Assembly (NCBI GenBank): GCA_015488325.1
Contig: WFOA01000010.1
Coordinates: forward strand, 15,945-79,944
Length of the DNA: 64,000 bases
Direction of reading: 5' to 3'
Source: Acidimicrobiia bacterium
GTDB lineage: Bacteria; Actinomycetota; Acidimicrobiia; Spongiisociales; ZC4RG35
The notes beneath the pieces are model-generated. The model saw nothing but the letters and a program-made list of their open reading frames with translations, was not told where the DNA came from and searched no databases. The position numbers were made by a program, and so were the translations under genes. This document shows positions 1 through 9,216 of the stretch, piece by piece (within the stretch, counting starts at the first letter, position 1; every line of letters starts with the position of its first letter).

Positions 1-1413
1 CACCTCGGCGGTCCGGTCGTCGACCCACGCGAACAGCGCCTCGTCTCCCCGTCCCAGACCGTCGACGACGAACACGCAGGCCGACCAGCCTTCGGCGTAG
101 CGGGCCAGGTCGTCGGGGGTCGGGTCGCCGCTCGGGTAGCCGATGGCGGTGACGCCGAGCATCAGTTCGGTGACCGCTGGTTTCCGGGAGATGACCGGTT
201 CCGTCTCCACCCGTCCGGCGGCGTCCCGATGGGCCTGGTAGAAGTCGAGCTCCTTCGTCGAAGGGCCGATGCTCTGGACGAAGCCGGACAGCCCGGCCGC
301 CAAAGCGACGGCTGCCATCGTCGCCAGGATCCCGTAGACGACACGCCGCTTCGTCGCCGCCGAACGGACCCGGTCTGCGGCCAGGCCGCCGAGCCGGTCG
401 AAGGCCACCGCCAGTCCCCCGAGGAGGACCGGGGCGACGGGGACGACGAGGCGGACCGACTCGGTGACCCTGATCGGCCAGGCCAGCAGGAGGAGGAGGT
501 ACACGGCGGTGCCCGAGACGACATCCCATCGGAAGGGTCGGGAACGACCGAGCAGACCCCACGCCATCGCCGCCAGGGTGGCGGCGGCGAGGGCCGGGCC
601 GAGGGGTGTCGCCAACACCCGGTAGGGCCAGACCAGTCGGGGGACGCCGTACCGTCCGAAGGTGACGATCCCCGACCCTATCTGGCGGGCGACGGAGGCG
701 ACGGGGCCGGCGGTCGCCGCGTTGGCGTCGTAGATGCTCTCGGCGATCTCGACGTAGCTCGGGTCGGCGACCGGCCCGGTGGCGAAATGGGCTGCGGCGG
801 CGCCGAGGATCAGGACCAGCGCCACGATGGCGACCCGGAGCCGGCGGCGGAGGCGGAGCAGCCACAGGATCCCGAAGAAGGGTGCGACGGCGATGCGGAC
901 GGCGACGGCCGCACCGGTGATGGCCGCCGCCCACATCCCCCGGCGGTCGTCCGCCAACAACACGAGGGCGACGAAGGCGAGCACGACCGGTTCGGGGTTG
1001 ATACCCCGGAGGAACCCGAGTCCGGCCTGACCGAGAGCGAAGGCTGCCGTCACGCCCAGGGAGGCCCAGGCCGTCGCCCGGAGACGGACCACCCGGTAGG
1101 TGAGGGCCAGGGCCGCCACCGCCACCCCCACCGTGAGGACCTCGATGGCCACCGTCGCCGCCGCCGGGTCGCCTCCGGTCGCCCACAGGACCGGGACGAG
1201 GAGGATCGGCAGACCGGGGCTGTACCGGGACCGGGCGACGTCGCCTTCGGAGAAGGCGATGGCGTCCCGCAGGTAGTAGGTGCCGTTGCCGAGCTCCAGG
1301 TCGGGGCCGACCCGGGCCAGTTGGAGGAGGGCGAAGCCGACGAGGACGACGACCAGCCAGAACCGTTCGTCGAATCGGATGATGCGGCGTGCCGGCTCCG
1401 CCTCAGTCGTCAC
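1..1413 (-). CDS. Integral membrane protein, partial (runs off the window start); possible GT-C-type glycosyltransferase (DUF2029/PMT-like)
   Basis: The ORF track does not list it because its stop lies left of position 1. Reverse-strand translation from the GTG at 1413 gives a continuous, very hydrophobic multi-TM reading frame (e.g. ...RFWLVVVLVGFALLQLARVGPDLELGNGTYYLRD...IAFSEGDVARSRYSPGLPILLVPVLWATGGDPAAATVAIE...). The overlapping plus-strand ORF 229..1494 is D/E/G/R-rich antisense junk. The GTG start overlaps the stop of the upstream FAD-oxidoreductase gene, suggesting translational coupling. Confidence 0.5.
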   Translation of the reverse strand, partial: MTTEAEPARRIIRFDERFWLVVVLVGFALLQLARVGPDLELGNGTYYLRDAIAFSEGDVARSRYSPGLPILLVPVLWATGGDPAAATVAIEVLTVGVAVAALALTYRVVRLRATAWASLGVTAAFALGQAGLGFLRGINPEPVVLAFVALVLLADDRRGMWAAAITGAAVAVRIAVAPFFGILWLLRLRRRLRVAIVALVLILGAAAAHFATGPVADPSYVEIAESIYDANAATAGPVASVARQIGSGIVTFGRYGVPRLVWPYRVLATPLGPALAAATLAAMAWGLLGRSRPFRWDVVSGTAVYLLLLLAWPIRVTESVRLVVPVAPVLLGGLAVAFDRLGGLAADRVRSAATKRRVVYGILATMAAVALAAGLSGFVQSIGPSTKELDFYQAHRDAAGRVETEPVISRKPAVTELMLGVTAIGYPSGDPTPDDLARYAEGWSACVFVVDGLGRGDEALFAWVDDRTAEV

Positions 1414-2890
1414 GCACGGTCACCTTCCGAGGCACCATGCGGCCACCCGTGTCGTCGGCGGAGACCTCCTCCAGGTATTCGGCGTCCTGGTTGACCCGCC
1501 ACTGGTCCCATTCCTGACCCGCCAGGTTCCGGGCGGCCATGAGTCCGGTCATCATGGCATGGTCCTGGTTGTTGTATTTGTGCATGCCGTTGCGGCCGCA
1601 GAGCTGGAGGTTGTCGAACTCGGCGTCGAGGTAGCTGCGGATCACCGCCACGTTGGCGGCGTATTCCTCGTCGTAGACGGGGTACGCCTTGTGCACCCGG
1701 ATCACCGTGCCGTCGATCACCTTGTCCGAGTCGATGAGCCCGATGGAGGCGAGCTCGCGGGATCCCCGCTCCAGCAGCTCCTCGTCGGTGGCGTCCCACA
1801 GGTCGTCGCCTTCGTTGCAGAAGTACTCCAACCCGAGGGCGGTGTGCCGCTGATCGGGCACCATCTCCGGCGACCAGTTCTTGAAGTTCTGGACCCTGCC
1901 CACCCGGACGGACGGGTCGTGGATGTAGATCCAGTTGTCCGGGAACACGTCCGGGTCGTCGAGGACGAGGACGACGGTGAGGAAGTCCCGATAGCGAAGG
2001 GCCCGGGCGGCGTCGAGGACCTCCGACGGCGGTTTCGGGCGGAGACCTTCGACGAGGGCACGGATCGGCATCGACGACACCATGGCGTCGACGGCGACCC
2101 GGCGCGACTCCGTCGCCGTCTCCACTTCGAGGGCCACCACCCGCCCACCGTCGTGGTGGATCTCCGCGACGCGGGTTCCCAACTGGACCGACACGCCTCG
2201 GGCGGCGAGGTCTTCGGCGACCCGTTCCCACATCATCCCGGGGCCGAGGCGGGGGTATTCGAACTCTTCGATGAGGGTCTTGACGATCTCTCCCCGTTGA
2301 CCGAACAGCGCTTGTTTCACCGCTCGGAACAGGGAGAGCCCTTTGATGCGCTGCGCCGCCCAGTCGGCCGAGATCTCCGAACAGGGCATCCCCCACACCT
2401 TCTCGGTGTAGGTCTTGAAGAAGATCTCGTAGAGCCGGCGACCGAAATGGGCGACGACCCAGTCCTCGAAGGAGACGATGTTTCGTTTCGGACGAAGCGT
2501 CGACGCCAGGTAGGAGAATCCACATCGGGCGGCTTCGACGACCCCGAGCTTGCGGAGGGCGTCTTTGGCGTCGAGGGGGTAGCGGAAAAACCGGCCCCGG
2601 TAGTAGATCCGGGACATCCGCTGGCGGACCAGGAAGTCCTCGTCGGGCAGGAACCGATGCCACAGTTCACGGATCTCGTCGCTCTTGGTGAAGAAACGGT
2701 GTCCACCGATGTCGAAGCGGTACCCGCCGTAGCGTTCGGTTCGTGACAGCCCTCCGACGAGGCTCGGATGAGCCTCGAACACCGTCGGTCGCAGCCCCAG
2801 CCGGTCCAGCTCCCAGGCGGCGGTGAGCCCCGCCGGCCCGGCGCCGACCACCCCGATCGTCCCTGAAGATCCGTCGCCCATCGCTCCCAT
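1403..2890 (-). CDS. FAD-dependent oxidoreductase (HemY/amine-oxidase-like Rossmann flavoprotein)
   Basis: 495 aa. N-terminal dinucleotide-binding motif IGVVGAGPAGLTAAWEL; GGHRFFTKS motif; protein-like composition throughout. Same-strand operon with the membrane protein downstream. Confidence 0.8.
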   Translation of the reverse strand: MGAMGDGSSGTIGVVGAGPAGLTAAWELDRLGLRPTVFEAHPSLVGGLSRTERYGGYRFDIGGHRFFTKSDEIRELWHRFLPDEDFLVRQRMSRIYYRGRFFRYPLDAKDALRKLGVVEAARCGFSYLASTLRPKRNIVSFEDWVVAHFGRRLYEIFFKTYTEKVWGMPCSEISADWAAQRIKGLSLFRAVKQALFGQRGEIVKTLIEEFEYPRLGPGMMWERVAEDLAARGVSVQLGTRVAEIHHDGGRVVALEVETATESRRVAVDAMVSSMPIRALVEGLRPKPPSEVLDAARALRYRDFLTVVLVLDDPDVFPDNWIYIHDPSVRVGRVQNFKNWSPEMVPDQRHTALGLEYFCNEGDDLWDATDEELLERGSRELASIGLIDSDKVIDGTVIRVHKAYPVYDEEYAANVAVIRSYLDAEFDNLQLCGRNGMHKYNNQDHAMMTGLMAARNLAGQEWDQWRVNQDAEYLEEVSADDTGGRMVPRKVTVRDD

Positions 2891-2986
2891 CCCCTGTCGG
2901 ACGCCTCACGTTAGCCCAGATCGGAGAGAGCTCTATGGGTCGATCGACCTATGCGCCGGTGATGCTCCCCCGGGCTGCGTTCCGGC

Positions 2987-5200
2987 TCACGGGGCGAGGT
3001 AGGAGTGGAGGGCGTCCCCCACGGTCTCGGAGACGACCCCCGGACCTCCGAGGATGAAGATGCGGCGAGGGGCGAGCCGACCCAGCTCGGTGGCCGTCGC
3101 CCCCGGGATGGCGTCGGGACGGGTGAGGAGCACGGGACGTCCTCCGAGGCCTCCGGGGGGTCCGCCGGCGAGGGCGTCGGGATAGTCGAGACCGGTGGCG
3201 ACCAGGACTTCCTCGGCGGTGGCGAAGCTCCCCTGGGAGACCGCCGCCGCCGTGGCGTACCGGTCGGCGCCGGCCCTCCGCACGACGGTGTAGTCGGCCG
3301 CCAGGCTCGCCTCGACGTCCGAGGAGATCACCCCGGTTCCCCCGAGGAGCACCACCGTGGACACCCCCAGATCCGCCAGGGCCTGGCGGGTCACCGTCGG
3401 GACCTGATCGGTACGGGTGAGAAGCAGCGGCCCCGGGATCGAGCCGGCGGCGGGGGCACCGGCGAGGGCGTCCGGGTAGTTCTCCCCGGTGGCCAGGTAG
3501 GCGGTGGAGGCACCCGAAGGCCACTGGCCGGAGGCCACCGCCGCCGCCGTGGCGTACCGGTCGGGCCCGGCCCACCGCACCACCGCCGGGTTGGAAGGGA
3601 GCCCCGCCAACGCCGCCGCCACCGCGTCGGAGATCACCCCGGTCCCGCCGACGATCACCACGGTCTTCGGGGCGAGGCGAACCAGCTCCGCCAGGGTGGC
3701 CGACGGGACGGCGTCGGTGCGTACCAGCAGCACCGGGGCGGAGGCCGCCGCCGCCGCCGGTCCGGCGGCGAGGGCGTCGGGATAGTTGAGACCGGTGGCG
3801 ACGAACACGGTGGCGGCGCCGTCGGGGAAGAAATACGAGGAGACGGCCGCCGCCGTCCCGTACCGGTCGGCGGCCCACAGGCGGATGACGCTGAACGCCT
3901 CGCCGACGAAGACGTCGCCTTCGGCGTTGGTGTCGTCGCCCACCAGGTTCGACGCGAAGGAGTCGAAGGCGACGAACCGTCCGTCGTCGGAGACGGAAGC
4001 CGCCAGAGAGTCGCTGTTGGAGGGGGTGCCGTCGGAGGCCACCGACACCAGTTCGGCCCGGTTCGTCTGACGGTCGTAGACGAACACGTCCCGCCGGCCG
4101 TTGGTGTCGTCGGCCACCAGGTTCGAGGCGTAGGAGTCGAAGGCGACGAACCGTCCGTCGGCCGAGATCGAGGCGTCCTGGGAGGCACCGTCGGCCTCGG
4201 TGCCGTCGAAACCGACCGAGACCCGTTCGACGGTGTCGGTCTGGCGGTCGTAGACGAACACGTCCTTCGTCCCGTTGGTGTCCCCCGCCACCAGGTTCGT
4301 CGCCGACGACTCGAAGGCCACGTACCGGCCGTCGGCCGAGATCGAGGCGAAGAAGGAGTCGGCGTCCCCCTCGGTACCGTCGGAGGCGACCGAGACCCGT
4401 TCGACGGTGTCGGCCTGACGGTCGTAGACGAACACGTCGCGGGCTCCGTTGGTGTCCCCGGCCACCAGGTTCGAGGCCCACGAGTCGAACGCCACGAACC
4501 GTCCGTCGTCGGAGAGGACGGGAAGCACCGACGAGGCGTTGCCCTGCGTCCCTCCCGACGCCACCGACACCCGTTCGATGGTGTCGGTCTGACGGTCGTA
4601 GACGAACACGTCGGTGTTGGCGTTGGTGTCTCCCGGCACCAGGTTCGTCGCCGACGATTCGAAGGCCACGTACCGGCCGTCCCCGGAGATGGAGGGGAAA
4701 CGGGCCGGCCCGTTGCTCTCCGCACCGTCCCAGGCGATCGACACCCGTTCGACGGTGTCGGTCTGACGGTCGTAGACGAACACGTCCGAGATGCCGTTGG
4801 TGTCCCCCGCCACCAGGTTCGTCGCCGACGACTCGAAGGCCACGTACCGGCCGTCTGTCGACAGCGACGGATGGAGGGAACTGGCATCGCCCTGGGTGCC
4901 GTCCGAAGCCACCGACACCCGCTCCACCGCACCGGTCCAGCGGTCGTAGACGAAGATGTCGGCGGTGGCGTTGGTGTCCCCCGCCACCAGGTTCGTCGCC
5001 CACGACTCGAAGGCCACGTACCGGCCGTCCCCCGAGATGGACGCGAACAGCGAGTATCCGTCACCTTCGGTCCCGTCGCCCGCCACCGACACCCGGTCGG
5101 TCACTACCCGGGCGGCCGAGACAGGCCGCACGCCGACGACGCCGGCGACCAGGGCCACGACGCCGATCCCGGCGATCCACCGTCTCGTCTTCGAGGTCAC
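2987..5200 (-). CDS. Cell-surface protein: signal peptide/TM, about 7 PD40 (TolB-like beta-propeller) repeats, then 3 C-terminal CWB2 (cell wall binding repeat 2) domains
   Basis: Repeated ~58-aa units of the type SxSxDGRYVAFESxATNLVxGDTNGxxDVFVYDRQTDTVERVSV. C-terminal triple repeat with RxAGxDRYxTAAAVS ... ATGxNYPDALAG ... PVLLxR ... VxxLGGTGVIS, which is typical CWB2/PF04122. Proposed start is the GTG at 5200, preceded by GGAGGG plus a 5-nt spacer, giving VTSKTRRWIAGIGVVALVAGVVGV signal/TM. The track start at 5248 is an in-frame GTG extension. The two other overlapping same-strand ORFs (2949..5003, 3655..5064) are compositionally junk. Confidence 0.8.
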   Translation of the reverse strand: MTSKTRRWIAGIGVVALVAGVVGVRPVSAARVVTDRVSVAGDGTEGDGYSLFASISGDGRYVAFESWATNLVAGDTNATADIFVYDRWTGAVERVSVASDGTQGDASSLHPSLSTDGRYVAFESSATNLVAGDTNGISDVFVYDRQTDTVERVSIAWDGAESNGPARFPSISGDGRYVAFESSATNLVPGDTNANTDVFVYDRQTDTIERVSVASGGTQGNASSVLPVLSDDGRFVAFDSWASNLVAGDTNGARDVFVYDRQADTVERVSVASDGTEGDADSFFASISADGRYVAFESSATNLVAGDTNGTKDVFVYDRQTDTVERVSVGFDGTEADGASQDASISADGRFVAFDSYASNLVADDTNGRRDVFVYDRQTNRAELVSVASDGTPSNSDSLAASVSDDGRFVAFDSFASNLVGDDTNAEGDVFVGEAFSVIRLWAADRYGTAAAVSSYFFPDGAATVFVATGLNYPDALAAGPAAAAASAPVLLVRTDAVPSATLAELVRLAPKTVVIVGGTGVISDAVAAALAGLPSNPAVVRWAGPDRYATAAAVASGQWPSGASTAYLATGENYPDALAGAPAAGSIPGPLLLTRTDQVPTVTRQALADLGVSTVVLLGGTGVISSDVEASLAADYTVVRRAGADRYATAAAVSQGSFATAEEVLVATGLDYPDALAGGPPGGLGGRPVLLTRPDAIPGATATELGRLAPRRIFILGGPGVVSETVGDALHSYLAP
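3880..5060. repeat. Intragenic tandem DNA repeats (about 170-175 bp period, about 6-7 copies) corresponding to the PD40 repeats
   Basis: Recurring near-identical segment ggtctgacggtcgtagacgaacacgtc at about 4070, 4250, 4425, 4597, 4767 and 4940. Confidence 0.7.
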
Positions 5201-5287
5201 CGAAACCCTCCACTCGTCCCCGTCGACACCTGTCGGACAGCGATGCACTCTAGCTTCCGCGCCTCCCCGGTCGAGGCCCAGTTCGGG

Positions 5288-6130
5288 TCAGAGTCGGCGG
5301 CCCCAGACCGCCAGGTCGAGGGAGGTGAGTTCCGACAGGTTACGGACCGACGCGTCGAGGCGGGCCGTCACCGACCCGGGAAGCGGCTGGTCCCGGGATT
5401 CCGCCCGCAGCCGTTCGGCCATCGGATCCCGGCGGAGCAGGAGGGGACGTACGAGCTTGCGGATCGCCCGGGGGGTGACCGGTTCGAGGCGCCGCAGCAG
5501 GCGGCTGTCGTACAGGCGCCTCATGAGGGGCGTGTAGTCGGGTTTGTCGGCGGTGACGTTCACGGCGACCCGGGGGTGGGGACTCGGCGGCAGATCCAGG
5601 AACGCCAGCACCTCGCTCCAGGCCGGATGCTCGCCGTCGACCAGATGTTCCATCTGGACGACCAGGAGCGCCTCGGTCCCGAACCGTTCGAGGAAGGGAG
5701 CCAGGGCCAGGTCGTAGAGGCTGCGGCGAACGTAGGGGTTGTCGGGTTCGGAGACGGCCTGGAGGAACGGTCGACGTTCCCTCCCATGATGCACTTCGTG
5801 CCGATAGTGGCTCCGCAGCCGGGTCTCCGGCTCCCGAAGCACACAGATGAGCCGCACCGACGGGCACATCTCGGCGATCCGAGCGGCGACCTCGGAGGCC
5901 ACCTGGGGGTCCGAGTACGCCACCGAAGCCTCCCCGGCGAGACCGTCGGTCGGGAACAGCGACCGGTAGCGCCGGTGGGCCCGGGAACCTGGCCCGTTGC
6001 CGGTGAGGAAGAACTCGGGTTCTTTCTCCCTGCACAGGATCGAACCCGACGCCTGCTGGAGCCACCGGAACAGGGCGGTGGTTCCCGATTTCATGGTGCC
6101 GACGATGATGAACTCGGGGTCGCGGCTCAT
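5288..6130 (-). CDS. Sulfotransferase family protein (PAPS-dependent)
   Basis: 5'-PSB-like P-loop FIIVGTMKSGTTALFRWL close to the N-terminus when starting at the ATG at 6130 (the track start at 6157 is TTG). About 280 aa, a typical size. Confidence 0.75.
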   Translation of the reverse strand: MSRDPEFIIVGTMKSGTTALFRWLQQASGSILCREKEPEFFLTGNGPGSRAHRRYRSLFPTDGLAGEASVAYSDPQVASEVAARIAEMCPSVRLICVLREPETRLRSHYRHEVHHGRERRPFLQAVSEPDNPYVRRSLYDLALAPFLERFGTEALLVVQMEHLVDGEHPAWSEVLAFLDLPPSPHPRVAVNVTADKPDYTPLMRRLYDSRLLRRLEPVTPRAIRKLVRPLLLRRDPMAERLRAESRDQPLPGSVTARLDASVRNLSELTSLDLAVWGRRL

Positions 6131-6203
6131 CTCAGGCTGACGGCTCCGAGGACCCAAACCGTAGACGGACCGCCTCCCCCGGAACTCCGGGCGTCGGGAA
6201 ATC

Positions 6204-6227
6204 CGGCCCCGTCGTTCGACGGGGCCG
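6204..6227. promoter_or_regulatory. 24-bp perfect palindrome CGGCCCCGTCG-TT-CGACGGGGCCG in the divergent region between the sulfotransferase and ABC-transporter genes
   Basis: Read directly from the sequence. It shares the CCCCGTCG core with the 24390 palindrome. Confidence 0.45.
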
Positions 6228-6435
6228 TACGGTCGGCGGCGAACTCGGTCGGCGCGGGGGCGGGGCGGAAGGGATGTCGAGACACCTCCGTCGCGGTCTC
6301 GGTACGAGCCTAGCGGTCGCCCGATGGTGAACGTCGACGGACCCGGGACCGGACGAGTCCGGCCTCTGCGAACACCGTCCCCCTTTCCAGCATGAAGCCC
6401 CCGGGTAGCATGGGCGGTCGGTCAGACCAGCGGGA

Positions 6436-8226
6436 GTGATCATCGCCAGTCCAGGGCTTCGCCGAAGCCTCTCCGTCCTCCTCGAACCGGGACGCCGCGC
6501 CCGGTGGGGGTGGCTGGTGGTGCTCGCCGCCGTCAACGCCGCCGTCGAAGCCCTCGGCGCCCTCCTCATCTTCTTCGCCGTCAACCGGGTCACCCAGAGT
6601 CCGTCGACGACCCCCCTCGACGCCTGGTTCCCGCCCGGTTCAGACCGGGCCACCATGATGGTCGTGGCTGCGGTGATCGGCGGCTTCTTCCTCGCCCGTG
6701 CCGTCTTCACCGTCGGCCGCACGTGGTTCGAGCACCAGGTGATCCAACACACCGCCGCCCGCACCGCCGACCGCCTGTTCCGCCGCTACCTGGCCACTCC
6801 CTACCGTGTCCATCTGCGTCGAAGCTCGCCCGAGCTGATCCGCAACGCCATCACGTCGGTCGACGAAGTGGCGATGCGGTTCCTCACCCCCCTGGTGAGT
6901 GTCAGCGGCGAGGCCGTCATCGTCGTCGTGATGGTGGCGGTCCTCGCCGTCACGGCACCGGTGGTCACCGTCGTCGCCGCAGGAGCGATCGGCGTCGTCG
7001 GTTTCGCCCTCCTCCGGTTCGTGCGGGGACGCCTCCGGCAGGTGGGACGGCTGTCCGAGCGTTCCCAGCAGCGGTCCTTCGCCGCCATCCAACACGGACT
7101 CGGGGACCTGCGGAACATCAAGGTCTACGGCCGGGAACGGTTCTTCGCCGCCATCTTTCAGACCGAACGTCTCGGGTTCGCCCGGGCCCGCTACGAGATG
7201 GCCACCCTGTCGGTGGTGCCCCGGGTGGGGATCGAGACCCTCGTGTTCCTGATGGTGGTGGGGTTCCTCGCCGTCGCCTCCGCCGACGCCGCCGCCGAAT
7301 CCCTGTCGGTCCTGGGGCTCTTCGCCTACGCGGCCCTGCGGATCATGCCGGGCGTCAACCGGATCATCCACGGCCTCAACCGGATCCGGTTCGCCACCGC
7401 GGCCGTCGACAACGTGGTCGCCGACCTGAGCGGACCCGAACCGTCGCTTCCTCCCCTTCGCAACCGGGAGGCACCCCTCGAATGGTCGGCCGTCGTCTTC
7501 GAAGACGTCTCCTTCCGCTACGACGACGACGGACCGGAGGTGCTCTCGGGGATCGACCTGACCCTCCGCAAGGGGTCGTCGACGGGGCTGGTCGGTCCTA
7601 CCGGTGCCGGGAAGTCGACCCTCCTCGACCTGATCCTCGGTCTGTTGGAGCCGACCGGCGGGACGATCACCCTCGATGGACGTCCCCTCACCGACGTCCT
7701 CGACCGGTGGCAGGCGATGATCGGTCTCGTCTCCCAGGACATCTTCCTCCTCGACGACACCATCCGCCGAAACGTCGCCTTCGGGATCCCCGACGACGAG
7801 ATCGACGACGACAAGGTATGGAGGGCCCTCCGCCTCGCCCAGCTCGCCGACTTCGTGGAGCAGACCGACCGGGGTCTCGACACCCCGGTGGGCGAACGCG
7901 GGGTGTCGCTGTCGGGGGGACAGCGTCAGCGGGTGGCGATCGCCCGGGCCCTCTACCACGACCCCGAGATCCTCGTCTTCGACGAGGCCACCTCTTCGCT
8001 CGACCCCGTCACCGAACGGGACCTCCTCGACGCCATCGACCAGCTCGGACGAGACCGGACCGTCGTCATGGTCGCCCACCGGCTCTCCACCGTCGAACGC
8101 TGCGACCGGATCGTCGTCGTCGACGGTGGCCGGATCGTCGCCGAAGGGGACTTCGGGGAGCTGACCCGGGACAGCGCCCTGTTCCGCCGCCTCTCCGCCC
8201 CTACGAGGCTGCCCGAACCGACCTGA
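6436..8226 (+). CDS. ABC transporter, fused permease/ATP-binding protein (MsbA/PglK-like exporter)
   Basis: N-terminal 6-TM domain, then Walker A GPTGAGKST, signature LSGGQRQRVAIARAL and Walker B ILVFDEATSSLD. GTG start. Confidence 0.85.
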   Translation: MIIASPGLRRSLSVLLEPGRRARWGWLVVLAAVNAAVEALGALLIFFAVNRVTQSPSTTPLDAWFPPGSDRATMMVVAAVIGGFFLARAVFTVGRTWFEHQVIQHTAARTADRLFRRYLATPYRVHLRRSSPELIRNAITSVDEVAMRFLTPLVSVSGEAVIVVVMVAVLAVTAPVVTVVAAGAIGVVGFALLRFVRGRLRQVGRLSERSQQRSFAAIQHGLGDLRNIKVYGRERFFAAIFQTERLGFARARYEMATLSVVPRVGIETLVFLMVVGFLAVASADAAAESLSVLGLFAYAALRIMPGVNRIIHGLNRIRFATAAVDNVVADLSGPEPSLPPLRNREAPLEWSAVVFEDVSFRYDDDGPEVLSGIDLTLRKGSSTGLVGPTGAGKSTLLDLILGLLEPTGGTITLDGRPLTDVLDRWQAMIGLVSQDIFLLDDTIRRNVAFGIPDDEIDDDKVWRALRLAQLADFVEQTDRGLDTPVGERGVSLSGGQRQRVAIARALYHDPEILVFDEATSSLDPVTERDLLDAIDQLGRDRTVVMVAHRLSTVERCDRIVVVDGGRIVAEGDFGELTRDSALFRRLSAPTRLPEPT

Positions 8227-8237
8227 TCCGAACTGCC

Positions 8238-9140
8238 TCAGGCCGACGGCCCCGGCAGCGGCGGCGGGAACCTGAGGTGGCGGAGGTCGCTCCCCGCCAC
8301 CGCCAACCGGAGGTAGGCACCGAGCCGTTCACGTCCGCCATGCCATCCGATCCCCCGGAGGATCTGGATGGCTCGGAGCGAAGCCGGAGAGAACCAGATG
8401 CGGTAGTAGGTGGCCCGGCCCGACATCTGGCGGAGGGAACGGGCACCCGAGTCGTAGACGGCGCTGGTGGCCACCCCCTGGGTGTGTACGCACACGGCAC
8501 CGGGGACGCTGACCCGTCGATAGCCGAGGGCGGCCAGGCGCCGGCTCAGATCGATGTCCTCTCCATACAGGAAGAAGGCGGGATTGAATCCGCCGACTTC
8601 CCGCAGCAGGTCGGTGGGTCCCAGGAGGCACGCACCCACCAGCCAGGCGACGTCGTGGGGCTCCTCCGACGCCGGATAGGTGACGTCCGCCAGGCCGACC
8701 AGCCTCCGAAGCCGCTGCCACTCCTCCGACCATCCGGGGAACCGGTAGCGGGCGCTGGGTGCCGGGGTGCCGTCTTCCCCGACGATGCGGGGACCGACCA
8801 GACCGATCGTCGGATCCGACGAGAGGGTGTCGATGAGCAGACGGATCGAGTCGGTGTCGATGACGGCGTCGTCGTTCATGATCAGCGCCCAGGTGCCCCG
8901 GGCTTCGACGAGGCCTCGGTTCACGGCCCTGCCGAAACCGACGTTGTCGTCGTTGACGAGCACCCTGCCCCGCCGGAGGACCCTGCGGGCTTCGGAGACG
9001 GTGTCGTCGGAGGAGGCGTTGTCGACGACCAGCAGCTCGGCGTCGAAGGGCTCGAGCGCGGCCTCCATCGCCTCCAGGTTGGCGGCGATGTCCCGACCCG
9101 AGTTGTAGGTTACGGTGATGAAGGTCAGCTCTGTGGCCAT
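8238..9140 (-). CDS. Glycosyltransferase family 2
   Basis: Real start MATELTFITVTYNSGRDIA... (ATG at 9140). DxD-type motifs VVDNASSDDT and MNDDAV. The upstream in-frame extension to 9539 is R/P-rich junk. Confidence 0.8.
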   Translation of the reverse strand: MATELTFITVTYNSGRDIAANLEAMEAALEPFDAELLVVDNASSDDTVSEARRVLRRGRVLVNDDNVGFGRAVNRGLVEARGTWALIMNDDAVIDTDSIRLLIDTLSSDPTIGLVGPRIVGEDGTPAPSARYRFPGWSEEWQRLRRLVGLADVTYPASEEPHDVAWLVGACLLGPTDLLREVGGFNPAFFLYGEDIDLSRRLAALGYRRVSVPGAVCVHTQGVATSAVYDSGARSLRQMSGRATYYRIWFSPASLRAIQILRGIGWHGGRERLGAYLRLAVAGSDLRHLRFPPPLPGPSA

Positions 9141-9216
9141 GCCGAGCCCGTTCCGTTCCGCGACTCCGTCCCAACACGGTAGCCCACCGGAGACCCCCCC
9201 TTCCGTCGGCGAGGAA

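Noticed and set aside
229-1494. 421-aa plus-strand ORF at the window start
   Set aside because: Asp/Glu/Gly/Arg-rich junk. The opposite strand encodes a continuous hydrophobic multi-TM protein whose stop lies outside the window.
3005-6313. 1102-aa plus-strand ORF and the overlapping minus-strand ORFs 2949..5003 and 3655..5064
   Set aside because: All are alternative frames over the PD40/CWB2 gene. Their composition is Arg/Gly/Pro-rich without repeats, whereas the 2987..5200 frame gives coherent PD40 and CWB2 repeats.
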